64,000 bases of DNA, from assembly GCA_028826165.1 (NCBI GenBank), contig JAPDFW010000083.1, positions 248,001 to 312,000 on the forward strand, given 5' to 3'. The position numbers were made by a program, and so were the translations under genes. The notes beneath the pieces were generated by a model. It worked only from the letters and a program-made list of their open reading frames with translations, was not told where the DNA came from and ran no database searches. Below are positions 53,201 to 63,912 of this stretch, piece by piece (positions within the stretch are counted from its first letter, which is position 1; the number at the start of each line of letters is the position of its first letter). Source of the DNA: Anaeramoeba ignava BMAN (Eukaryota; Protista; Anaeramoebae).

Positions 53201-53625
53201 TAACTAAATTAAAATAAGTTAAAATTGAATTAAATTTTTTAATATAAATTTTTTAATATAAAAAATTGAAATAATGAATTTATAATTATTTTCACTTACG
53301 CAGACCAATTATATTGTTTTTCTTCTTTTTCAACAATTCCCCACCAAACATCAGTCATAACTCCTTCAACATTTCCTGATTTTAATTTTTGAAACCAAGT
53401 TGCTAATTGAGTTGGATTGTTCAAAGTTCCATCATTATTTACAGTATCCAAAGGAAGCATTACTTTAATTTAATTTATTTTTTAATTTTTTATTTTTAAT
53501 TTTTATTTTTAATTTTTATTTTTTATTTTTTTATTTTTTAAACCATAAACTGGCACATTTGTTGATTTAATCCCAAATGTGTAAATTGAGAAACAAAAGA
53601 AAAAAACAAAAAACCAAGTTTTCAT
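50264..53625 (-). CDS. Secreted beta-amylase (GH14), 9 exons
   Basis: Signal peptide, VPVYVMLPLD, GVMTDVWWGIVE, MSFHQCGINVGD, GLGPSGEMRYPSY (catalytic E), GEFQCYDKY, KISGVHWWY, SHAAELTAGYY, FTCLEM, GENAL (catalytic E) and FTYLRL. Eight GT-AG introns traced. Confidence 0.96.
50800..51740. repeat. Intronic (taaataatttct)n 12-bp microsatellite in the last beta-amylase intron
   Basis: Tandem 12-mer, ~0.9 kb. Confidence 0.95.
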
Positions 53626-53699
53626 TTTCAATCCAATTTGAAAAAAAAAATGAAAATAAAAATTTCACAAAAAAATATTTTTTTCCTTTTTTTTTCATT

Positions 53700-54300
53700 T
53701 AAATTTAAATTTGATTTTGATTTTGAATTTGAATTTGAATTTTGATTTTGATTTTAATTTTGAATTTAAATTTGAATTTAAATTTGATTTGAATTTGATT
53801 TTGAATTTGAATTTGAATTTGATTTTGATTTTGAATTTGAATTTGATTTTGAATTTAAATTTGAATTTAAATTTGATTTTGAATTTGATTTTGAATTTGA
53901 TTTTGAATTTAAATTTGATTTTGATTTTGAATTTTTTGATTTTGATTTTGATTTTAAATTTGATTTTGATTTTAAATTTGATTTTGATTTTAAATTTGAT
54001 TTTGATTTTGATTTTGAATTTGATTTTGATTTTGAATTTAAATTTTGAATTTGAATTTGAATTTGAATTTCAATTTCAATTTGAATTTCAATTTCAATTT
54101 GAATTTAAATTTGATTTTGAATTTGAATTTGAATTTGAATTTGATTTTAAATTTGATTTTGATTTTGAATTTAAATTTGATTTTAAATTTGATTTTGATT
54201 TTGAATTTGAATTTGATTTTGATTTTGAATTTAAATTTAAATTTGAATTTGAATTTGATTTTGAATTTGAATTTTAATTTTAATTTGAATTTGATTTTGA
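53700..54300. repeat. Intergenic (tttgaa/tttgat)n hexamer tract; a shorter counterpart lies at 55905-56065
   Basis: Tandem hexamers. Both tracts abut the 3' end of a LVLAL*-type Ubl gene. Confidence 0.9.
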
Positions 54301-54312
54301 ATTGTTTTTCTA

Positions 54313-54534
54313 TCAAAGAGCTAACACTAAATGTATGATTGAACCATCAATAATTCCATAATAAGAAAATGTTTTTTCATCTTCCAAAATAACTCCTGCA
54401 AAAACTAATCTTTGACCCATTGGTGGAATTCCCATTTTATTTTCAATTTTATCTTTTAATTTCATAATTGAATCATTTGGTTTAATATCAAATAAATATT
54501 TTGTTCCAGTTAAAGTTTTAACAGAAATTTCCAT
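54313..54534 (-). CDS. NEDD8/ubiquitin-like protein lacking C-terminal RGG (type A, ends HLVLAL*)
   Basis: VKTLTG...GIPPMGQRLVFAG..LEDEKT...GSIIHLVLAL followed by TGA TAG. Confidence 0.9.
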   Translation of the reverse strand: MEISVKTLTGTKYLFDIKPNDSIMKLKDKIENKMGIPPMGQRLVFAGVILEDEKTFSYYGIIDGSIIHLVLAL

Positions 54535-54630
54535 TTAAATTAATAATAAAAATAAAAAATAAATCAAATATAATTTTAAATCTAAATGAATAAATAAAAT
54601 GAAAAATGAAAAATATTTTTTTTTTCAAAT

Positions 54631-54861
54631 TTAATTTTCTCGAAGAAATAATATCAAATAAATAATTGAACCATCAATAATTCCATAATAAGAAAATGTA
54701 TTCCCATCTTCCAAAATAACTCCTGCAGAAAATAATCTTTGACTATTTGGCGGAATACCCATTTCATCTTGAATTTTATCTTTTAATTTCTCAACCAAAT
54801 CATTTGGTTCAACATCAAATAAATATTTTGTTCCAGTTAAAGTTATAAGACAAATTTCCAT
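54631..54861 (-). CDS. Ubiquitin-like protein, 76 aa, GG replaced (type B, ends LFLREN)
   Basis: Colinear with ubiquitin (TLTG, EPND, KDKIQDEMGIPPNSQRL, LEDGNT). Confidence 0.88.
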   Translation of the reverse strand: MEICLITLTGTKYLFDVEPNDLVEKLKDKIQDEMGIPPNSQRLFSAGVILEDGNTFSYYGIIDGSIIYLILFLREN

Positions 54862-54904
54862 TTAAATTAATAATAAAAATAATAATAAAATTATTTCATT
54901 ATTA

Positions 54905-55041
54905 AATAAAAATAATCTTTGACTATTTGATAGAATTCTTATTTTATCTTGAATTTTATCTTTTAATTTAATAATTAAATCATTTGGTTTAATATCAAAT
55001 AAATATTTTGTTCCAGTTAAAGTTTTAACATAAATTTCCAT
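54905..55041 (-). pseudogene. 3'-truncated Ubl pseudogene
   Basis: MEIYVKTLTGTKYLFDIKPNDL... homology stops after QRL. Differences from the intact copies are C:G>T:A. Confidence 0.8.
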
Positions 55042-55236
55042 TTAAATTAATAATAAAAATAAAAAATAAATCAAATATAATTTTGAATCTAAATGAATAA
55101 ATAAAATGAAGAAAAATGAAAAATATTTTTTCCGAAATTCGTTAAAATGGATATTTTTTTTTGGATTAACGAACCGAAAGAAGAAAAAAAAATCTTTTTA
55201 CTTCCACTTTTTGAATTCATTTTTTCTTTCTTTTAA

Positions 55237-55812
55237 ATGCCACCAAAAGGATCAATATCACGATCAAGAGGGAGAGCAACACCAAAAAGTAGAGTTGGAA
55301 GAAGTGCAACAGTGAAAAGAAAAGTTTACAAAGCACCAAAAATAAAAACAAGTGTGAAAAAACCAAAAACCAAAACGAAATCAATAAAACCATTAAAAAC
55401 ATCCGCATTCAGAAAATCGTCTGCTCAAACAACTTATCGCAATAAATCAAAAAGCAAACAAAAAGAAAAAAAACACGTTTCTCATATTTATCCTCTTGAA
55501 ATGGCAAAACAAGATTTCCAAAAAGCAAAAGGCAGAAAATCAATCCAAAAAATTCGAGAAGCTCTAAATCAACCTCAGAACTTTCAATTAGTCAATTCGG
55601 AGACAAATCTAAAAAAACATACGAGAATTGATCATAATTTGATGAAGAAAAGTGGAACAAATCAAAAATTAACAATTGAAGAAACAAAAAGAGCAAAACA
55701 ACAACTTAATGTTGTCACAAAAATAGCTCCAAAACTCGGCACAAATGTATTCAATATCGCAACAAAGAGATATGAAAATTTGAAAGATCCACAAGGAAAA
55801 AACTTAATTTGA
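55237..55812 (+). CDS. Basic protein with histone-tail-like N-terminus and putative HNH (His-Me finger) nuclease domain
   Basis: Clean intronless ORF with a K/R/S/P-rich first ~75 aa. Motif HVSHIYPLE-x~21-LNQPQNFQLVNSETNLKKHTRID fits HNH-type (A/D/S)HIxP...NxxNxxL...N...HxxxD. Pattern recognition only. Confidence 0.6.
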   Translation: MPPKGSISRSRGRATPKSRVGRSATVKRKVYKAPKIKTSVKKPKTKTKSIKPLKTSAFRKSSAQTTYRNKSKSKQKEKKHVSHIYPLEMAKQDFQKAKGRKSIQKIREALNQPQNFQLVNSETNLKKHTRIDHNLMKKSGTNQKLTIEETKRAKQQLNVVTKIAPKLGTNVFNIATKRYENLKDPQGKNLI

Positions 55813-56075
55813 GAAAAAATTTAAATCAAAAACAAATATTTCTTCTTCTTCTTCTTCTTTTTTTTAAATTCAAATTTACTTTTCATTAAAGTTCAGAATC
55901 ATTTTAATTTTGAATTTGAATTTGAATTTGAATTTGAATTTTAATTTTGAATTTGATTTTAAATTTGAATTTGATTTTGATTTTGATTTTAATTTTGATT
56001 TAAATTTGATTTTGAATTTTGAATTTGAATTTGATTTAAATTTGATTTTGATTTTGAATTTGAATTGTTTTTCTA

Positions 56076-56297
56076 TCAAAGAGCTAACACTAAATAAATA
56101 ATTGAACCATCAACAATTCCATAATAAGAAAATGTTTTTTCATCTTCCAATCTCATACATGGAAAAACTAATCTTTGGCTATATAGCGGAATACCTATTT
56201 TATTTTCTATTTTATCTTTTAATTTAATAATTGAATCATTTGGTTCAACATCAAATAAATATTTTGTTCCAGTTAAAGTTTTAACACAAATTTCCAT
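56076..56297 (-). CDS. NEDD8/ubiquitin-like protein lacking RGG (type A, ends YLVLAL*)
   Basis: Paralogue of 54313-54534 with the same TGA TAG end. Confidence 0.87.
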   Translation of the reverse strand: MEICVKTLTGTKYLFDVEPNDSIIKLKDKIENKIGIPLYSQRLVFPCMRLEDEKTFSYYGIVDGSIIYLVLAL

Positions 56298-56418
56298 TTA
56301 AAATTAATAAAAATAATAAAATAAATCAAATATAATTTTAAATACAAATAATTATTTATAAATTTGAATAAAGAAAAATGAAAAAAGAAAAATGAAAAAT
56401 ATTTTTTTCAAATTTAAT

Positions 56419-56643
56419 TTATCGAAGAAATAATATCAAAAAAATAATTGAACCATCAATAATTCCATAATAAGAAAATGTATTCCCATCTTCCAAAATA
56501 ACTCCTGCAGAAAATAACCTTTGACTATTTGGTGGAATTCCTATTTTATCTTGAATTTCATCTTTTAATTTAATAATTGAATCATTTGGTTCAATATCAA
56601 ATAAATATTTTGTTCCAGCTAAAGTTTTAACACAAATTTCCAT
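56419..56643 (-). CDS. Ubiquitin-like protein lacking GG (type B, ends LFLR*)
   Basis: 74 aa, colinear with ubiquitin. Confidence 0.87.
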   Translation of the reverse strand: MEICVKTLAGTKYLFDIEPNDSIIKLKDEIQDKIGIPPNSQRLFSAGVILEDGNTFSYYGIIDGSIIFLILFLR

Positions 56644-56758
56644 TTAAATTAATAATAAAAATAATAAAATAAATCAAATATAATTTTAAATTTAAATAAT
56701 TCTTTATAAATTTGAATAAAGAAAAAATAAAGAAAAATGAAAAATATTTTTTTCAAAT

Positions 56759-56989
56759 TTAATTTTGTCGAAGAAATAATATCATATGAACTATTGAACC
56801 ATCAATCATTCCATAATAAGAAATAGTATTTTCATCTTTTAAAATAACTCCTGCAAAAAGTAATCTTTGACTATTTGGTGGAATTCCTATTTTATCTTGA
56901 ATTTTATCTTTTAATTTCTCAACTAAATCATTTGGTTCAATATCAAAAAAATATTTCCTTCCAGTTAAAGTTATAAGACAAATTTCCAT
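56759..56989 (-). CDS. Ubiquitin-like protein, 76 aa, GG replaced (type B, ends LFLRQN)
   Basis: Colinear with ubiquitin; KDKIQDKIGIPPNSQRLLFAG. Confidence 0.87.
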   Translation of the reverse strand: MEICLITLTGRKYFFDIEPNDLVEKLKDKIQDKIGIPPNSQRLLFAGVILKDENTISYYGMIDGSIVHMILFLRQN

Positions 56990-57107
56990 TTAAATTAATA
57001 ATAAAATAATAAAATAAATCAAATATAATTTTAAATCCAAATAATTATTTATAAATTTGAATAAAGAAAAAATGAAAAAAAATGAAAAATATTTTTTTTT
57101 CAAATTT

Positions 57108-58075
57108 AATTTTTGATCTAGAAAATCCATCTTTCAAAATAACTTTAATCTTTGACTATTTAGTGGAATTCTTATTTTATCTTGAATTTTATCTTTTAAT
57201 TTAATAATTAAATCATTTGGTTCAATATCAAATAAATATTTTGTTCCAGTTAAAGTTTTAACATAAATTTCCATTTAAATTGATAATAAAAATAAAAAAA
57301 ATCAAATAAATATTTCCTAATTTTTAGTAAAAATAAAAATTTTTAATTCTTAAAAAATGAATAAAGAAAAAATAAAGAAAAAAAAATATTTTTCAAATTT
57401 AATTTATCGATTTTATCAAAAATAATCTTCAATAATTCCATAATAAGAAAATGTATTCCCATCTTCCAAAATAATTTTGACTATTTGGTGGAATTTCTAT
57501 TTTTTTGAATTTTATCTTTTAATTTAATAATTAAATCATTTGGTTCAATATCAAATAAATATTTTGTTCCAGTTAAAGTTTTAACATAAATTTCCATTTA
57601 AATTAATAAAAATAAATCAAAAATAAAAATAAATAAATAAATCAAATATAAAAATATTTTCAAAAAATAAAAATATCTTTGACTATTTGAAATTCTTTTA
57701 AAATAACTCCTGCAAAATTTTGAATTTTTATCTTGAATTTTATCTTTTTTTTAATTTAATAATTAAATCATTTGGTTTAATATCAAATAAATATTTTGTT
57801 AAAGTTAAAATGGTTTTAACATAAATTTCCATTTAAAAATTAATAATAAAAATAAAATAAAAGAAATTTTTTAAAAAAAAAATATAATTTTAAATAAAAA
57901 AAATTTTTGACTATTTGATGAAATTTATATTTTATCTGAATTTTATCTTTTAAAATTTAATATCAAATTAAAGTTAAAGTTTTAACATAAATTTCCATTT
58001 AAATTGATAATAAATATAAATAAATCAAAATATTTTTAAAAATTCCAGATAGAATTAAAGTTTTAACATAAATTT
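57108..58075 (-). pseudogene. Run of four decayed Ubl copies (ATG at 57274, 57597, 57832, 57998) plus a remnant at ~58055-58075
   Basis: The + strand repeats ttaaagttttaacataaatttccatttaaa (MEIYVKTL on the minus strand), with increasing deletions and GC loss. Confidence 0.8.
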
Positions 58076-58259
58076 TTTAATTTAATAATAAAAATATTTC
58101 ATTTTAATAAAATAATTAAATTGATCTTTTAGTAAAGAAATTTTAAAAAGAAAAATGATTCATCAAAAAAAAAAATTAAAAATCAAAAAATTTTAAATCC
58201 AAAAAATTTGAAAAATTATCTTGAATTTTTCTTTTTTTTTTCTTTTTTTTTTGATTTTA

Positions 58260-61200
58260 ATGGGAGTTTAAATTGAATCATAAAGAATCAAAATAAAATC
58301 AAATAATTTTGACTAAACCATTCTAAACGATGATCAACTTTATCTTTTTACTTCAACAATCAAGTAAAAATAAAAAATAAAACGTTCAATTAAAAATTCA
58401 ATTAAAAAAATTCAATTAAAAAATAATTATTTAAGAAAATAATCAAAATATAGAAATGATTATTCGAATAATAAATAAACTTTCTCGTTGCAATAATTTA
58501 AAATATCAACAATATTCTTCAACAATTTTATATGAATTTTGGGGAAAAAGTTAGTTTATTTTCCAAAAAAAAAATATTTCCACTTTTTTTAAAAATCAAA
58601 ATTATTTAAAATTTAAAATTAAATTTTAAAAATTAAAAAACAAATTTTATAATCAAAAAGAATTAGAACATGAATTCTTTGATGAATTTTTTATCTTTTT
58701 TTTATAAAATTAAAATTAAATTTTAAAAGAAAAAATTCAGTTAAATATTGATTTTAAACTGTTTTCAAATCAAATAATGGATTTTCAAGTTGGAAATTCA
58801 ACTCAAATTCAACATTTTTGTGATTTAACTTGTTCAACATAATTTCTTTTTTTTAAGTTTTGGTGAATAATTAAATTTAAAAAATTTTTGAAAATTCAAA
58901 AATCTCTTTGATTTTTCCCTTACAGTTTTGAAAACAAATGAAAAACAAATTTAAAAACAAATTTAAAACAAATTTAAAACAAATTTAAAACAAATTTAAA
59001 ACGAAATTTAAAACAAATTTTAAAACAAATTTAAAACAAAATTTAAAAACAAATTTAAAACAAATTTAAAACAAATTTAAAACGAAATTTAAAACAAATT
59101 TTAAAAACAAATTTAAAACAAATTTAAAAACAAAACAAATTTAAAAAATTTAAAACAAAAAAAAAAATTTAAAACGAAATTTAAAACGAAATTTAAAACA
59201 AATTTAAAACAAATTAAAAACAAAATTTAAAACAAATTTAAAACAAATTTAAAAAAACAAAATTTTTTGAAAACAAATTTAAAACAAATTTAAAACAAAT
59301 TTTAAAAACAAATTTAAAACAAATTTAAAACAAATTTAAAACAAATTTAAAACAAATTTAAAAACAAATTTAAAACAAATTTAAAACAAATTTTAAAAAC
59401 AAATTTTAAAACAAATTTAAAAACAAATTTAAAAAAACAAAATTTAAAAACAAATTTAAAAACAATTTTTTTAAAAAAAAATTTTAAAACAAATTTTAAA
59501 ACAAATTTAAAAACAAATTTAAAACAAATTTAAAAACAAATTTTAAAACAAATTTTTAAAAACAAATTTAAAAAAAAACAAATTTAAAAACTGAAATTTA
59601 AAACAAATTTAAAAACAAATTTAAAAAACAAATTAAAAAAAACAAATTTAAAACAAATTTAAAACAAATTTAAAACAAATTTAAAAAACAAAAACAATTT
59701 AAAAACAAATTTAAAACAAATTTAAAACAAATTTAAAAACAAATTTAAAACAAATTTAAAACAAATTTAAAACAAATTTAAAAACAATTTTTAAAAACAA
59801 ATTTAAAAAAACAAATTTAAAAACAAATTTTAAAACAAATTTAAAACAATTTAAAAACAAATTTAAAACAAATTTAAAAACAAATTTAAAACAAATTTAA
59901 AACAAATTTAAAAACAAATTTTTAAAACAAATTTAAAATTTTTTTTAAAAAAATTTAAAAAATATTTTAAAACAAATTTAAAACAAATTAAAAAAATTTA
60001 AAATTTAAAACAAATTTAAAACAAATTTAAAAACAAATTTAAAACAAATTTAAAAAACAAATTTAAAAACAAATTTAAAAAAAATTTAAAACAAATTTAA
60101 AACAAATTTTAAAACAAAAAACAAAAAAACAAATTTAAAACAAATTTAAAACAAATTTAAAACAAATTTAAAAAAATTTAAAACAAATTAAAAACAAAAA
60201 ATTTAAAAAAACAAATTTTAAAAAAAATTTAAAACAAATTTAAAACAAAATATTTTGAAAACAAAATTAAAAACAAATTTAAAAACAAATTTAAAAAACA
60301 ATTTTAAAACAAATTTAAAACAAATTTAAAACAATTTAAAACGATAATTTTAAAACAAATTTAAAACAAATTTAAAACAAATTTAAAACAAATTTTAAAG
60401 GAATTTTAAAAATTTAAAAAATTTAAAACAAATTTAAAAACAAATTTAAAACAAATTTAAAAATTTTAAAAAAAAATTTAAAACAAATTTAAAAAAATTA
60501 AAAACAATTTAAAAAATTTAAAACAAATTTAAAAACAAATTTAAAAACAATTTTAAAACAAATTTAAAACGAATTTAAAAACAAAACAATTTTAAAACAA
60601 AAAGGAATTTAAAACAATTTAAAACAAATTTAAAAAATTTAAAACAATTTTAAAACAAATTTAAAACAAATTTAAAACAAATTTAAAACAAATTTAAAAC
60701 AATTTTAAAACAAATTTAAAACAAATTTAAAACAAATTTAAAAACAAATTTAAAACAAATTTAAAAACAAATTTAAAACAAATTTAAAACAAATTTAAAA
60801 CAAATTTAAAACAAAATATTTTAAAACAAAATTTAAAAACAAATTTAAAACAAAATATTTTGAAAAGATTTTGAAAATATTTTGAAAAGATTTTGAAAAG
60901 ATTTTGAAAAGATTTTAAAAAGATTTTTCAATAATGATTCTAAAAAACATTTTAAAAAATTATAATAGAAGTAACTCATTCAGAATTTATTAAATCAATG
61001 ATCCCTTCTCTTCGATTGCTTCTCAAATCTCAATCAAAAATTGTTCAAAGAAATATCCTAATTTCACTTACAGAATTAGTCAAAACTCGTATCAAAATAA
61101 ATAATAATTCATTTTTATTGAATAAATTTATATTATTTTATTTTATTCTTTTAGATTGGACTTATCCTCATTTTGCTTCAGAAATTATTGATTCCCTTAT

Positions 61201-63237
61201 TGTTTTACTCCAAAATTCAAAAGATGAAACTGTTCAACATTATATTATTAGAATAATTACAACATTTTCAAACTTAAAAGATGTTTTTTATTCTTTTTTT
61301 CTAAATTTATTAAAAAAAAACACTTACTTTTGTTTTTTTTCAATTTCAAATTTAGATCAACTTAAAATTAGTTTCTGATTCAGAATTCATTTCAACTTTA
61401 ATTAGAATTTTAAAAGAAAAACAAAAAATCAATTCAAAAGCAAGAAATTCTTATTTACTTCCAATTTTAGCAATTTTAAAAAGTTTATCAACTGAAAATG
61501 GTATTTAAAAAAAAAAATTGAATTAAAAAAACTAAATCTCTTTTTTAGTTTCTGGTCAAAATTCATTAGTTTCAAAAGGAGTTATTCCAATTTTACATGA
61601 AATTTGTCTTAATTCAAGTCTTGAAGTTCAAAGAGAAGTTATTCAATTATTTTCTGCAATTTCTTATGAAAATGGTATTTAATTTTTTAAAATCGGAAAA
61701 AAAATTTTTTCCGAAATTTTCATTTTTAATTAAAATACAAAAAAAAATTTCAAATAGAAAATTCAGTTTTAATGATGATTAAAGAATCAGTCTTACAAAC
61801 ATTATTTTTATTATTCTATCAATATGAAGAAACAATGCTAACTCAAGATTTATTATATTGCATTTCAATTTTTGCAAAATTTGGTAAAAAAAAACTGTCA
61901 AAAAAATTTTTTTCATCAAAAATTCACTCCTTTTTTTTTTCTTAAAGAATTTATTGCTTCTTCATTAGGAGAAATTGGATTCATTGAAATACTTGTTCAG
62001 AAATTAGTCCCTTCAAAAGAAGAAGCTGAATTATTTGATGTTTCTGATTGTTCAGTTTTTGGAGTTGATACAAGTTGCTTCAAAGTTTTAAATCAATTGA
62101 TTTCAAATCAATCTTCAAAATCAAATCGAGAAAGAATTCTCAAAACAAATATTCTTGAAATTATCAAAGAAAAAATTGATTATTTTGATGTCGAATTGTT
62201 TATTGAAATTTTTCGTTTCATTTCAACTTTTTTTAAATTTTATGGTAAAAAAAAAAATTATTTTCTTCTTAATTTTCTTCTTAATTCTTTTTTAGATCAA
62301 AAAACAAAGGGAATTATAGCATCTTCTCAAGATATTATTGCTTGTATTATTAAAAATAATCTCATTTCTTATCCAAATTTATCTTTTATTGATTCTTTGA
62401 TAAATTTTTTACAAGATGTTATGAATCAAAAAGGTTTATTTTTAAATTTAAATTTAATTTTAAATTTTAATTTTAATTTTAATTTTAATTTTAAATTTAA
62501 TTTTAATTTTAATTTTAATTTTAAAATTTTAATTTTAATTTTAATTTTAATTTTAATTTTAAATTTAATTTTAAATTTTAATTTTAATTTTAAATTTAAT
62601 TTTAATTTTAATTTTAATTTTAATTTTAAATTTTAATTTTAATTTTAATTTTAATTTTAAATTTAGATCTTATTTTTTGGTTGGCAAAAAATCAAATGTT
62701 TGAAACACTTTCACAAATTTTTTTAAATTTAACATCAAATCAAAGTTTATTTGATGAAAATTTACAACAAGAAAATTTTTCAGAAAATCAAAATCAAACT
62801 CAAACTCAAACTCAAACTCCAAAAATTATTCCTTTTAATTTTAAGAATTTTAAAGAAAATAAAATTTCATTTACTTTAAATGAAATAATCATTTCAAAAC
62901 AAATTGTAATTTCAATTTAAAATTTCAATTTAAAATTTAAATAAATTTTTATTTATTATTTATTTTATTTTATTTAGATTGAAAATATTGCAAAAATCTT
63001 TTATTTTGCTTCTCAATTTAAAGTAAAAATAATTTTAAATTTTTTCTTTTTCATTTTAAATTTTAAAATTCATTTTGTTTTTAGGATGAATTAATTCAAT
63101 TAAATCTTAATATTTTCCAAAATCCAAATGTTATAAAAGCTTTAAAAGAAGGTTTATTAATGAAAAAACTCTTTATTGTTCAAAATTATTGTGAAGAAGC
63201 ATTAAAATTTTTAAACTTTTTAAATTTTAAATTCTAA
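58260..63237 (+). CDS. Multi-intron alpha-helical (ARM/HEAT-like) protein; 5' exons poorly resolved
   Basis: GT-AG-bounded exons from 60970 read SEFIKSMIPSLRLLLKSQSKIVQRNILISLTEL, GQNSLVSKGVIPILHEICLNSSLEVQREVIQLF, LGEIGFIEILVQKL and others, with a stop at 63235-63237. The 58260-58900 part has stops and indels. Confidence 0.55.
58930..60860. repeat. (aaaacaaattt)n 11-12-bp microsatellite, ~1.9 kb, probably intronic
   Basis: Noisy tandem repeat upstream of the AG acceptor at 60969. Confidence 0.9.
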
Positions 63238-63358
63238 ATTAAATTTTAAATTAAATTTTAAATTAAATTTGATTAAAAAAAAAAGAAATAAAAAATTTTT
63301 TCTTGTTTTTGTTTTTGTTTTTGTTTTTGTTTTTGTTTTTGTTTTTGCTTTTCTAAAT

Positions 63359-63912
63359 TTAAAAATCAGCGCAAGATTCATAAAAACAAAAAACACCCGA
63401 AACTAATCCATAAAAAAGAAGGATATTTGGGAATAAATTTGGTTTCCAATATTTTTTTGAGAAAATAAAAGCAAGAAAAGTTCTTTTTTGTTTTGTTGGT
63501 TCAGCAGTAATAGATTGAACCAAGGAAACATTTTCACGATCAGCATCATCGAATTCAGTTTCAAGAACAATATCACCAACTGATTTTTCTGATCTAAGAA
63601 TAGAATATTCAACATTAACACTCATTGGAGGAGCTTTAAAAATATTATCGTAACGGATTTTTAGATAAAAAAGCGCAGGTAAAATATAAACTATAATGTT
63701 TCCTGCTAATGAACCTGTGATTGAGAAAACGGAAACAATTCCTGGAACTGTAATTCCTACTCCAAGTGATAAGAAAAATGGAATAATAATTGAAAGAGTA
63801 GTTTGCCATTTTTTAGTTGAATCTTTGAAGACTAATTGATGGAAAGATTGTTTGCAAGCAAAAAAAACGACTGGAGAAGAGAAGATTATTGTGACTAACA
63901 TTGCGAAGCGAG
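63359..63912 (-). CDS. Amino-acid transporter (AAAP/SLC38-like), last exon; gene continues beyond the window
   Basis: Multiple TM helices and the motif VPGIVSVFSITGSLAGNIIVYILPALFYLK. AAG acceptor at ~63913. Confidence 0.85.

Noticed and set aside
54307-54315. Stop-codon readthrough or a variant code restoring RGG in type A Ubls
   Set aside because: TGA is followed immediately by TAG AAA, with no Gly codons. TGA and TAA end other genes in the window normally.
58260-58930. 5' part of the ARM-like gene as a pseudogene
   Set aside because: The stops and indels coincide with visibly noisy sequence next to a 2-kb repeat, while downstream exons are clean. It cannot be distinguished from assembly error.
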